From NCBI GenBank assembly GCA_963693365.1, contig CAVNZM010000002.1, forward strand, positions 12,989,115 through 13,053,114: a stretch of DNA of 64,000 nt, written 5' to 3'. The DNA is from Amoebidium appalachense (lineage: Eukaryota > Protista > Ichthyosporea). Shown here piece by piece: positions 12,316 through 34,339 of the stretch (its first letter is position 1; each line of letters opens with the position of its first letter). The translations under genes and the position numbers were made by a program. Below the pieces are notes generated by a model. It made no database searches, was not told where the DNA came from, and was given only the letters and a program-made list of their open reading frames with translations.

Positions 12316-12642
12316 ACATCACCAGCACCACCATCACAGCCATCCCCAAACCCATGCATTCACTCATTCAATCAACTAAAGAAATGAGGAACAGAGCAGG
12401 ACCAAATTGAACAAAAAACAAAAAAAGATAAAGTAATATAGAATAAAATACAACTAAAATATAAATAGAAACGCTCACCGACTGTTTGTCCATATCCCCC
12501 AAGAGTTGCAATGCTGATCTGATGCCGTCCGGCCCAGACACAAGTGCTGTATTACCCCCCCCCCCCCCCCAAAAAAAAAAAAAAAAAAAAAAAAAGACGC
12601 TCATAGTTAGCATCACGATTTCCATACAATTCATCATTCTTC

Positions 12643-12673
<31 letters not shown>

Positions 12674-13336
12674 AAAAAAAAAAAAAAAAACTTCCCGCCA
12701 TCCCCCCTCCCTACGGCAGTTCTTTTTCTTCCCTCTTTGTTTCCACCACTCTTCCCTTTTTCCCCAATCCCAATTGGTGGTCTAACCCATGCCCACACAC
12801 ACACACAAACAAATAAAGAACAGACATGCAGCAAGTAGAAATGAAAGGGGGGTTTCGCGGCACATAACAAACAAAGACGGAGGTGAGCAGCTTAGAACGT
12901 GATGGAGGGGTGGGTGTGGGTGTGTGTGTATGTGAGTGTGAAGGGGGGGGGGGGAGAACACCGTCACACTGGCACTTGCACACACACGATTACACGAGCA
13001 CACAAACGCTTCAAGAAAGAAACTGGCGGGTGGAGCGCCCCCCCGGGCATCCGGGGTGTGTGGTGTCTACTGTACGTGTGTGTGTGTGTGTGTGTGTACA
13101 TCTGTGTGTGTATTGGGGGGGGGGGGGGGAGGGGGGGGGGGAGGGGGGGGGGGGGGGGGGCTAGCATGCCTGGCATTACTGAATTGTAGGCCCTTAACCT
13201 CAAGTCAATGTCTTTGTCTTTCATTTGGCCCATCACTTGGAATGCTTGCTCCTGTGAACATCTGTGGTTAGAATTCGGTCCCTAATATTCTCTCCCCCTT
13301 CCCCCCCCCCCCTCCCCTCCCGCACACACACACACA

Positions 13337-13402
<66 letters not shown>

Positions 13403-14474
13403 ATAATAAACCCATGAGACAGCCACTCTAATTATCGCACTTAAAAAACATCCACAAAATACGGCTTGATATCAGGCACGCCAACTAGCGCGTGTGCACA
13501 AACAAACACAAGTCCAAATTGCTGACTGATTTTAATACCTAGCTATCCTCTCCCACCCTTCTCCGTATGCACGTATGCACGTATGCACGCACGCACGTAC
13601 GCACACAGACACCACCACCACAACCACCACCAAAAACCGTGTGTGTGTGTGCGCGTGCGTGTGTGCGTGCTTTCACTTGTGCATGCCGTGCACACGCCTG
13701 CCTCCCCAAGCCGGTCTCCATACATTTATGTGCCGAGGCTTCCAGGTGTATGTGCCGTGTATGTGTGCATGTATGTGTGCATGCATGTTTGCATGTGTGT
13801 GCAGCTGTATATGTGCACATACGTGTGTGCACGTGCAGCCCCACCCACCAGCATGCCCGAAGCTGCATATGCCTGCATCAACATTATGTATCTGTTCTCG
13901 GGAACTTTCGGCCGGATGGACTCCAACATCTTGAACGTAGACTCGGATTCAGCCAACCTGCAAGGTGAAAAAAAAAAGAAAGAGGCAGCACTCCATGATT
14001 AGTCGCACAACTTGAAAAATAAAGTGGAGTTATGATTGGGTGTGCGGATACTTTAAAGAATATTGGTAGATCTTACGAGTCGGCGTGTAAATCAATATAC
14101 ACGTCTAAGTAGAGTAGCAATTAGGTGTGCAGTACACGATGTATGACACTACAAGAAACAACCAGAATTAACAATTTGTGTGATACACTATGTAATACAA
14201 TACCAAAATAAGTAGAGAAATAACTAGGTGTAATACACTATGTATTACATTACCCACAAATTAGTAGAGTAATCACTAGCTGTAAGACACTATGTAATAC
14301 ACTAGATAAAAACAAATAGAGTAATAACTAGGTGTGTAAAAAAAGCTTGAGATACAATGTGCTGTGATAGGTTCGAAACATTAAAAAGCGTGCGAGGAAG
14401 TAACTAGTGCAAACGGGGCTCGGCCAATGTGTGTGTTTGAGTGTGTGGCTGTGTGACAGCGTTTCTGCCCATTT

Positions 14475-14549
<75 letters not shown>

Positions 14550-15151
14550 AGAGAGAGAGAGAGAGAGTGTGTGTGTGTGTGTGTGTGTGTGCGTGTGTGC
14601 ACCTACTTGGGTAAATGTGTGCATGTGTCCAGTGCTTAGATGGGGATGAGTGTGTGTGTGTGATGTCTGTGTGTGCGCGGGCGCGCACGCGAGTGTGCCT
14701 GCGCGTTATGCGTGTTTGTGCGCGGGCGCGCGCCCGCGTGTGTGCCTGTGTGTGCGTGTGTGCGCACGTTTGCGTGTGCGAGCATGTTTGCGTGTTCGCG
14801 TGTGTATTTGTGTGCTGCGTGCATGCGTCCGTGTGTGTGTGTTTTTGTGTGTGCGTACACACACCATCTAACAAGCCTACCACGCAGAACCGGTCATTCA
14901 AATACTAGCGCGCATTCACAATTCCCACACACTCTTCCCCCACAACTCCATATATCCCTCACCCATCCCCCGAACTTCCATATATGTGCACCCACCTTCC
15001 ATTTTTGGAATACAGATAGAGCATTCTTTCGTGTGCAGATTCGCTTAGTTCAAGTCCGGCTGCTTTTATCTCCTCCAGAATCTCCAATCCTTGGGCAAGC
15101 TGTTTTATGGGGAAAGAGGTGGGTTAAAAAGAAAAAAACGGGAGAGGGCGG

Positions 15152-15192
<41 letters not shown>

Positions 15193-15977
15193 GTGAGTGA
15201 GAGAAAGGTTGTGGTTGTGTGCCTGTGTGCTCGCGGATAGGTTTATCTGTGTGTGTGTCTGTGCCTCGAAAGGCGTCAGCGCCAGAGTGTTTGAAGGGAG
15301 GAGAGAAGACATGGGCTGTTTTTTTTTGTGGGGTGGGGTGGGACGGGGGGGGGGGGGGGGGGGGGGGTTGAACTTGGTAGGGTTAGTCAAAAAAAAAAAA
15401 AAGAGAAATGCAATGAAGGGTTTAACTGTGGGCAGACTTAGTGTCGAGGGGGAGGAAATGCTTAATGCCCGTACAAACCGGCAAAGGGGGGAGCGGGAGG
15501 GGAGGGGGGAAAGAGAAGTGGGGGAGAGAGGTGGAGGGGAGGAGGGAGGGGGGAAGGAGGGGGGGTGAAGGGAGGGGGGAGGAGGAAGTCGGGCGGGGGG
15601 GGGGGAGGGGGGGGGGGGGGGGGGGGAGGGGGGGGGGGGGGGGGAGGATGTTGCTGTTTGTATAAGGTGGTGGGAAAGGGACGGACTGAGCACAGAATAT
15701 GGTGGTGGTGATGGTAATGGTTGGGGACTGGGTGGGTTTGTGGGTGGGTAGGTTGTGTGTGTGTGTGTGTGTGTTGGGGGGGGAAAGGGAGGGGGGGGGG
15801 GGGGGGGGGGGTGACTGGGTGGGTTGGGTAGACGAGCGCCCAGCACGTGAACGAAATAACATCTCTATTTCCCCCCCTCCCTCCCTCCCCCCTCCTCCCC
15901 CCCCCCCCTCCCCCCACCCCACCGACCCACCCACGTGATGTTTTTTCTGCCTCGTTACTCTCAATCACACCCCCAGC

Positions 15978-16013
<36 letters not shown>

Positions 16014-16809
16014 AAGAAGAAGGAGGAGGAGGAGGAGGAGGAGGAGGAGGAGGAGGAGGAGGAGGAGGAGGAGGAGGAGGAGGAGGAGGAGGAGGAGGAG
16101 GAGGAGGAGGAGGAGGAGGAGGAGGAGGAGGAGGGAAGGAGGAGGAGGAGGAAGAAGAACCCACACACACACAGACACACACAAAATGGAGAAACCTCCA
16201 CACGCACAAAAGAAGTGGACATGATTTTCCCCTCACCGACTGCCTTGTCTTTTAGCCTCAGCGTCCCCCTTCCCCCTCCCTCCCCCCCCCCCCTCCTCCT
16301 CTCCCCCTCACCCCTCTCCCCCACCCCCTCCCACCCCGTCCCCCACAGAAAAATTAGCACACACAGCAGGTACTCACATCGTTCACTTTGCATGCCATGT
16401 TGAGCTTAAACAAAAGCTCCCCCTGAATCGACTTCTCCCTCTTCCCTCTCCTCTTCTTTGTATCCGCATTCTTTGGCTGTCCCCCTCTCTCCCCTTGCGA
16501 GAAAGCGGCCGACTGGAAACTTCTGGAAGCCCATGCTGCACACAGTACCTACTGTCAGCCATTAAAAACGGCAGAGACCCTCAGAGAAAGCTGGGGAAGA
16601 GTGGGGGGGGGGGGGGGGGGGGGGGGGAGGGGGGGGGGGGGGGGGGGGGGGGGGAGGGGGGGATGGGATGATGAAAGCGGATGAAAAAGGTGATGGGGTA
16701 ACTACGCTGGTTGAAAGCACTGAGGGAGGGAGAGTAGAGGTGAGGATGACAGCAACGGGTTTGGGGGCTGGGAAAAGGGTCGGGGTTGTGAAACGGGGCG
16801 GGTGGAGGG

Positions 16810-16862
<53 letters not shown>

Positions 16863-17284
16863 CGGGGCTGTGGGGGTGGAAAACGGGGAAGAAGGACCAT
16901 GCCTGATGATAAACCCCTCACACGAATCTCCCCATCCTCTCCTTTCCGTCCCTCCCCCTACCCTCCCCCCAGCCCCCTACTTCCTCTCCACTCCGCCCCT
17001 TCTCGCACACTGCCACCCAGGCACCCCACCTACCAACCCATTAACCTTTGGATCCAACATGTGCACGCAAGTATGCACGCACACACACACACACGCACGC
17101 CCACACCCACGCACACACACATTTTCCTCTTTCCCCTAATATCATAGCCAAACCCACCTTTCCCACTCCATGCCCATGGTCTCGTGCTCGCAGCAGCCAA
17201 AAGACCCCCAGTGGCAGCTGTTTGCGCAAACGCAGCCACGCCTGGTGCAGCGGCGCGGAACACGCGTAACAGCGGTGTTGCCAT
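5802..17284 (-). CDS. PRORP: Protein-only RNase P (PPR + NYN metallonuclease), probably mitochondrial; 14 exons, about 542 aa
   Basis: Exons 17284-17158, 16535-16378, 15099-14996, 13957-13849, 13251-13170, 12546-12479, 10399-10233, 9287-9237, 8761-8652, 7918-7770, 7419-7269, 6798-6692, 6324-6274, 5996-5802 splice in frame (1629 nt). Motifs: PPR-like repeats ([21 protein letters not shown]), [43 protein letters not shown]. The N-terminus is Arg/Ala-rich and free of acidic residues. Confidence 0.93.
6914..7199 (-). repeat. Dispersed intronic repeat family, copy 2 (long)
   Basis: About 285 nt collinear with 10688-10984. Shared blocks include catccacagtacccgagtttcga, cagatactgtttcacttgaacatggg, ggtcacccgtcttgatcagagacgagc and agggcagtgggaaaggccggggg. 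Confidence 0.92.
9091..9195 (-). repeat. Dispersed intronic repeat family, copy 3 (short)
   Basis: gaatgtgtcacagaaaacgaagtaca...tgcagagtacaaaccaca...gcagagcccattctc aligns with the core of copies 2, 4 and 5. Confidence 0.75.
10688..10984 (-). repeat. Dispersed intronic repeat family, copy 4 (long)
   Basis: Collinear with 6914-7199 over about 295 nt. Confidence 0.92.
14108..14336. repeat. Degenerate ~52-bp minisatellite, about 4.5 copies
   Basis: Units start near 14108, 14161, 14211, 14263 and 14315; the core is agtagagtaataactaggtgtaatacactatgtaataca. Confidence 0.85.
16021..16150. repeat. (GGA)n trinucleotide microsatellite in PRORP intron 2
   Basis: About 130 nt of near-uninterrupted gga repeats. 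Confidence 0.95.
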
Positions 17285-17800
17285 ATTGGGCAGTTTGTAC
17301 CACAGCTACTTCTAATCTACCAGCACCACTGGAACATCTACACGTCGAGAAGATCTATTGTTGTTACTACCTTAAGTTCATGCGATCAGTATGTCAAGCT
17401 ATTCCTTTCTATTATTGGAAGTGTCTAGCCCCCGTGTCATGAACAAACACGTGTCCAAAAGTGCAGTATAGTTACTAATATGACCATAAATTGGTTTGAT
17501 GCTGCAGGTCGGGGCTCGTTGGGGGTTGCTGTGAAAATGATCGGGGGTCAAGTGAATGTGGGTAGGTAAGATGCTCTGCCGCAGCTGCGAGCTCCGCAAG
17601 TCACGAGTGGTTTTGGAGAGCACAGCCGATACCGGACCCTACTTTCGAGCATGCAGTCTGCTGGTCACCCGCGGATATATGGTCCCAACTCGTGAAGTTT
17701 ACGCCAGCTCTCACCGTTACCGTGGCACACTGCCAGCAAACGCGGTGCACGCTTGTGGCGACTGTACGTGTGCCAACTACCACCTACTGAGGCGGTGTCT

Positions 17801-17835
<35 letters not shown>

Positions 17836-18048
17836 AAAAGGGACCTGAGTAGATGTTAAAACGTCGCACGTGCGGCAACACGTCAGTACGTGTTAGGTGT
17901 GCCAAGGCCTCCTAGATACAACTATTTAGAAGGCCTTGACGTGTGCAGTGTGCACGACTGTGTGCACGTGGTTTGGCGGGTGAGCCGCATGATGACGTCA
18001 TACTCATGGCAGGGACCGGTGGCATCGATGATCCCGGACCCTCAAGAC

Positions 18049-18097
<49 letters not shown>

Positions 18098-18161
18098 CCC
18101 CTGTCTACCTCCGAATCTAGAGATCGATCTCGGCTCTTCTCCCTCCCTCCCTCTCTCGCTC

Positions 18162-18214
<53 letters not shown>

Positions 18215-18436
18215 CTACCGGGTCCTACCCATCCCTGGCCCCTAGACTCTTTTTCTTTTTAAGATTCTCTCTCGACTCCCTCAGAGTCTAGCTGTCTCTC
18301 TTGCTCTCCCTCTTTCACTCTGCCCCTCATCGACTGCCCAACATTTTATAATGAGATAAATTGTGTTAAAACCTTCACGTATACAGTGGCAACTCAAAAA
18401 GCTTTGGATTATTAAGGTGATATTTGAAGCTACTTT

Positions 18437-20460
18437 ATGTCGCCTGGGAAAAGATTTGCCAATAAAGGACACGCGTGCACAGCACTGAAAATAATGCAAT
18501 ATAGCTCTAGTAAGTCTTATAGCTCTAGTAAGTCTTATAGCTCTAGTAAGTCTTGTGGACCGGATGGACTTCCTGCTGGGTTTTTTAAAATCCTTGTTCC
18601 CTCCTACCCACAAAAGGAAAGTGATCGTGCTATTAAACCTGATCTTACTATTATGTTAAACTCTCTCTTTTCTTGGTGGTGTGTTAAATGTGGACATGTC
18701 CCGTCATCTTGGTTAGATACCTTAGTGATCCCCATAGTTAAGAAGGACTCTGAGGGCCCCATATCATCTTTTCGCCCCATCACACTAACCCAGGTTGTTC
18801 GTAGATTCTTTGAAGCTTGCTTACTTCACATACACCCATGCCAATCTGCTTTTCGTAAGAACAATTCATGTTATGTTAAAATAATGGCACTGCACGATTC
18901 TATGCAAGTTGGTGCACGATATGTTGGCTTTATTGATTGGAAAACTGCTTACGATTCTGTCTCCCCTGGTCTCCTATGGGAAAAGCTTGCTGCACGGGGT
19001 GTACCACACTGCATTGGTGTTCTGTTAGAAGCACTTTTGTCTCAAACCTATGGTAGAGCTGTGGTTAATGGGCATCTTTCATATGGTTTTGCTCGTACTA
19101 GAGGTCTCTTGCAGGGTTCATTGCTTAGCCCCTTTTTGTTTAACCTATTTATAGATGATTTGGCTGTCAAGATTTATGCCGAAAATGATGACCCTATTAT
19201 TAACTTTCCGCCTACACTTCTCTATGCTGATGATCTGTCCCTCCTTGCCCGTACCCCTAGACGCCTGCAAAGATTGTTCGATGTAGTGTCAAGAGTGGTG
19301 CAAGGCAAACCTTATGATCCTTAACATAGACAAATGTGGTGTTCTTGTACCTGATATAGCTAACAATTTACACACATTTACATTATCATCTAAAACTGTA
19401 CCTATAGTTCCAGCATACAAATATCTTGGTGTTCCGGTTATTTCTGTTGGTGTTATGTTTTCCCATATGGTCGGAAAGAGGGTAGAGTTGGTAAGCGGTT
19501 AGCTTTCTTCTCGGCTAGTATTTTTAAAGACCCACCCCTCCATCCTTCTATTAGACTTACATTTATTCGCACTTTTGTCTTCTCGGCATGTGAATATGGT
19601 TTACCCCTTCTCGCCGCTTGGATCAAGAAAGAGAGAACTAGAGCGCTTAAACCCTTGGCAAATTTCCTTGAAGCAGAAGTTGCCTCCTTTCTATCTAACA
19701 ACTGTTGTAAACCTGGGCCTGTAACGCTCTCGATATATGGTCTGGTCCCAATAGCAGCTGTAGAGTACATATCCCATCTCGCGCTGAAATTCAATAAGCA
19801 CATAAGCCGATTAAAGAAGTATTTGCCCTCCCACCCTCTCTCCTCTATCCGACCTGTCCCCTCCTCACCTCTCCCCTCTTTCCTTCCCTCTCTCTCTCCG
19901 TCTCCCCCGGGCACAAATACAAATAAACCCCGCGAAAGTGTGCGTGTGACTTTGGACTGCCACTTACTTGTTAAGAGGCTTAAACATGTACACAATCACA
20001 AGATAATCACGCAATATAACAAATGGAAAAAGATACCACACGACACTAGACCCGATGAAAGCAGACACCTTGAAAAACTAAGCCTTATGTCTCGTTTTAT
20101 ACATAATGACCGCCTTAACCATATTGCCAAATATGGCACTCGCAAATGTAAAACACCTAAATACATATTACCTTCCTGTAGAACTGGTCTTTCTCTAGCT
20201 GTTTACGGTATTATTGATCAATTACCACGCTTTTACTGTACACGTGCTATACAGTGGAGATCTAATAAGTATAAGGTGGCATCGTTTGCATGCCCAAACA
20301 ACACACACACACACCAGTTTAAACGGTCATGTATCGCCAAATGTAGTTTGATAGACCACATAATACGTGCACACACACGTCACATTCACAACAGACACCC
20401 AGAAAGATAGCCTACCTGTAAATTACAACATCCTTGATTTTATACTAAACGCGCGTACTT
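18437..20460 (+). mobile_element. Decayed, 5'-truncated non-LTR (LINE-like) retrotransposon ORF2 with reverse transcriptase
   Basis: RT motifs GPDGL, VIPIVKK, FRPITL, QSAFR, FIDWKTAYDSV, RGLLQGSLLSPFLFNLFIDDL, LLYADD. Frameshifts near 19295 (continues QEWCKANLMILNIDKC...YKYLGVP) and 19490 (RLTFIRTFVFSACEYG). Cys/His-containing C-terminus. No endonuclease domain seen. Confidence 0.92.
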
Positions 20461-20974
20461 AATTAATTGATTTTTTCTCAGTCTTTATGGTGTCTCGTAG
20501 AGAAAGTAAACCCTGATATATAGTCATCACCTGACATCTATGTACGTGATCATGATATACCGCTGAGGGGATATTCCGAGCAAAACCCCCCCATACCTGA
20601 GACTGGTCTCTCTTTGCCTCGAGTAAACAGCGTAAACCCCAAAGCTATTTAATTTCTCGACATGCATAAGCCCAGGGTCCAGCCTGAGGTGCCCAGCGCA
20701 GCGCATACGTCCGAACTAAAATAACTAAAATTTAAATCATAAAGATCATTGGCAACTGCAATATTGTGCTATATATTTCGTAACTCCAAGAACATGACTC
20801 GATCAGGGGAACGCAAAATGTCAAGAGATTGCAACACGGGAGTCATAGTGATATGCTAGGAGAAAAATAGGGCCTAAACTAGATATTGCTGCTGCAACTT
20901 AGGTATTTAGGTAGTGTTTGGAAATATATTTCTACCCATAGCTATCTCTTACAAACCATCAATCCCATCCCCCC

Positions 20975-21010
<36 letters not shown>

Positions 21011-21012
21011 AC

Positions 21013-21048
<36 letters not shown>

Positions 21049-21526
21049 GGAAAGAAAGAAAAAAAAAAAAAAAAGGAAAAAAAAAAAAAAAAGAGGAAAT
21101 AAATAAAATAAAAAAAACCATCCACACACACACACCACACGCACAAAAGCACGCAAACACCTCTCTCTTTCCAAGAAAATCCTCAACACATACATGGGCA
21201 GACACGCTCCTCAAGAGCCCACAAACCACCCCAAACCACCCAGATTCGTTACATCGATTACAATCCCCACAGGCTTTCGCAAGCCTACACATATTAAAAT
21301 CTAAATTTTAACATGGTAGGCTATAAATATCCCACACAGTACATAGGATTACATATGAAACTGCGACCGCCCAACCTTAGTCTCCGCAACTTTTGGTGAA
21401 AGCGGAGACCCCGGCCCATCCACCTTCCTCCCCTCGTGCGATGTAGGGGTTAATGGTGACCCAGGCCTACTATTCTCACTGTTAGACTCGTGTTCTTCAT
21501 CTTCCATACCCGAAAAATTCCCTGAC

Positions 21527-30804
<9,278 letters not shown>

Positions 30805-31041
30805 TCCCACCGTTGAAACCGGAGAAAGATAGGGAAAATCCTGTTTTTTTGTGCTGGTGTGGTTTATGCCTTGGTTAGTGAGACGCGTAGGTCCATTAAG
30901 GGGTTGAATGGACAAAGATGTGTTCCGGAAAACGGAAAAAAACACATGAGCCAAACGGCAGGACACATTCGAGATCGGCGGAAGTCTCCTATGGGAAGAA
31001 GAAGTGAAACCACAGCTGCAAGTGACTGGTTTTCCGGGGGG

Positions 31042-31088
<47 letters not shown>

Positions 31089-31508
31089 GGGTGAACCTAA
31101 AAAACCTCTGAAAGGTATGAAGGACACCAAAGAAAACGGGGCAATCCATAGAATGGGAGGGGAAAAAGCGAGTGTGGTATAGCGGCAGCGGCAGGGGGGA
31201 GAGGGGGGGGGGGGGGGGGGGGACGGGCAGAGGGAGATGAGATAGAGGGGCGGAGGGGGTGGTGGTGGTGGGGGGGGGGGGGGGGGGGGGTCGGGTTGGG
31301 CAGAAGGAGGGATAGGGGGTAGGGCGTGGGAAGGAGAGCGAGAAGGGGGGGGGGGGGGGGGAGAAGAGCGTGGGGAGGGGGTGGGGGGGAAGGTTAAGAG
31401 AGAGGTGGAAGGGGGGGGGGGGGGGGGGGTCGGGGAGGGAAGAGAGAGGGCAATAGAGATAGAAAAGAGGGGGGGGGGGGGGGGTAAGAAGAAAGGGGGG
31501 GGGGGGGG

Positions 31509-31551
<43 letters not shown>

Positions 31552-31567
31552 GGAAGGAGAGGTGGGA

Positions 31568-31635
<68 letters not shown>

Positions 31636-33698
31636 CTGTGTTATAGTAGTTGGAGTACATGCAACCTTGGTCTAGAAGTTTCCATGGAAACGAGATGGGT
31701 TACAGGGAGGCTGTGTAAGAAGAGAGGGGGAGAGGGAAAGCAGAGCCCACAACTGAGGAAGACCAGGCCAGCTTGCCAGAAGAGCAAACCTACACGCCTC
31801 AAACATAAGGGTGGGCATTAAACCGCCTAAAAGGCCAAGCAAACTGTTGCCCAGAGAACGACAAGTGACCGTGTCTACCCCCTCGCCCCCGCCCCTTCCC
31901 CCTGGGCTGTACCCAGCTGTAAAGTTCATGTTTCCTTTCACATCCCCCATCGTCTCGTTTTATTTGGCTTTCGTTTGCAAAGCACTAGTTCTTGCTGTAA
32001 GGTTGAAAAGGAAAAAAAAATGCTGGAAAGGGTACAAAGTGGCCTGCCCCCTTGACCACCCCCCCCCCCCTCCCCCTCCCCCCCCCCTCCCCCCCCCCTC
32101 CCCCCCCCTTTCCCTCCAAAATAAATAAATAAATAAACGAATAAATAATCATGAAAAATTAAAAAAAATGCAAAAGGTGTCGAGGTTCTACCTCTAAAAG
32201 TGTGCCTCAACTGACCTCTTCTGCACAATTTCATAGTGAATCATACCGTATGGGCACAAGTATTAAGTGTAAGAAGAGTTTTTTTTTTTGAGTGAGCTTA
32301 CAACCCTTCACGTTCTGTGGATGGCTAACAAGCCAGGTGTTCATGTTTGTGTGCATAGATTAGACGTACGGGTATGTGTGTGAATCTGTGCCACTACGAG
32401 CTAAGGGAGCTCTATAATTTCATATGAAGGCTGGGAGAGGAGGAAACAAGGTGGTAGGGGGGTAGTGGGTAGCTGAAGAGGCACCTCAGACTCAACATCC
32501 ATAAAGGTTACAAATCACTATCATGGAAAAACTTCACTGCCGCCTCCTGAGCTGTCGATGTGTCTGCTTGCAACATGTGGCCGCACCACACTAACATAAG
32601 GCACGGGCGGCATGCTATGAGTAGTACCAACTGCGGATAATAGATAGGAGCCAAGCTTACCTTCTGAATTAGTCCGGTTGTCAGTGATAGTAGGGCTGCA
32701 TTGGCGTTGGCTGTAATCGTGGTGTGAAAATGCTTTTGGGGTGAACCGAAGCTATAAGTTGGAGTGAAAGATGGCGTGGTGACAAGGACTGGACTTCATT
32801 TGAGCAAATGATATCTCTATACGGTCATAGGTCGTTATTAATATAAACAATATCAACTCTTCTAAGCAGCAATTAGAAGTGTCAAGAAGTGATGTGTGAC
32901 CAGTACGTCTGCAGCAACCTCTAAGGCGTATGATATCTGCCTATCTATCTGCCTTCGACATTCAACCAAACCTCGCGATGCCCCAAATCTTTGCAGTGCA
33001 CCTGTATCAGTAATGACTATTTAACTTAAAAGAAAAAGGCCACCTCTGCTCTAAACATGTGTTTTCTTATTTTGCGTACTAGCTACAAGGTGGCAAGCTT
33101 GAAACATGCAACTCCGTCTGTGTGACTCCGGGACTGCACAGCGGGCTGCGGGTGCGTTTGTTCAAAAAGGCTCCAAATAGTGGTTACGTCTCCGCCACTC
33201 AGAAGCACGCAGTATTTTCTCTCATACCTAGCACTATTGGGGCTGTTCCGGAATTTCAAAAGGCAAATTTCAGTTTTCTAAGGACCTGGCTTGCCATTCC
33301 ATAAAACAGGAACTTCCTCATTGCAAATAGATTATTATTTTTAACATTTCTGCTGAATAAAATTAATATTTATAATTTAATATCGCTGTATATGTACAAA
33401 TCAATTCAACTATGGCATAAAATAATAATTACGATATATTTTAAGCGTCGTGATTTACAACGCTGGTGAAAGGGGTCTCAAGAATAGTTTGCATTGGGGG
33501 ACAATGCCTGCAAAGCTCCGCGGCTCCGCTCAGCTGCATGCGTCTCAAAGCGACGTACTGAAGCGAAAAGAAGGCACGATGCCGTCTTTTCTGTATATTA
33601 TATTAGTATCTTACCTAAATAAATATATAGAGGTTAAGGGCTATTGCCTCCAACATGTACATGTGTGCAGTCACGGTGCAGAACATTTGAGATCGCTG

Positions 33699-34010
33699 TG
33701 ACGTCACCACACGATCTCGGCGAGGCCCGCAGGCCGCGGGTTGCGGCCCCCCGCGGGCGCCCAACTGAGCAACTGAGTCAGACGAACGACTTACAGCAGG
33801 ACGCTTCACCCTTTCACACCTTTACTGTAAAGTACTTCGGAACCAAAAATGTTACTTGCGACCATATGTATGTACATTGTATTACAGGGCTTGGGTATAT
33901 ATGCACGGTACCCGTATGTAACACGCCGTCGCGTACCAACTTCCATGTACCAATTTGGTTGAAACACACCAATCAGAACTCTGCACAAGCGAATTGTCTT
34001 GACCAATCAG
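33699..34010. promoter_or_regulatory. Putative promoter region between divergent RasGEF and DnaJ genes
   Basis: TGACGTCA at 33699-33706 and CCAAT at 33950, 33969 and 34003, in microsatellite-free sequence 330-640 nt upstream of the DnaJ ATG. Confidence 0.4.
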
Positions 34011-34339
34011 TTGCGCGAGATTTCGAAGCTGGCTTAAAGTACACATGACTAAAGATCAAGTAAAGGAACAGATTAAATTTTGTTTAATCTAATAACTATT
34101 CCATTCTCTCAAATAGTCTCTTATGTAGCATTTTCTAAACCATTTTTAAAATCTTTACACCTCCGAAATTGGATCTGGTGATGGCGCGAAACGTTGGGCC
34201 ACATACATGTGCCGCGCCACGAAAAGCTTCCTTTTTGTGTGTGCAGTGTAGTTTGACAAGTCCAAAGTTTTTCTTGTGGAGACTCAGAAGTTCACTTGAA
34301 TACGCTTTAACCAAGCCAATTGCAGACACCGAATACACC

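Noticed and set aside
14108-14336. CRISPR-like appearance of a palindromic repeat with variable gaps
   Set aside because: The gaps are only about 10 nt and related to each other, the repeats are degenerate, the context is a eukaryotic intron and there are no cas genes.
33721-33762. GC-rich hairpin similar to hAT subterminal sequence
   Set aside because: No matching TIR pair or TSD was found, and it is too short to call.
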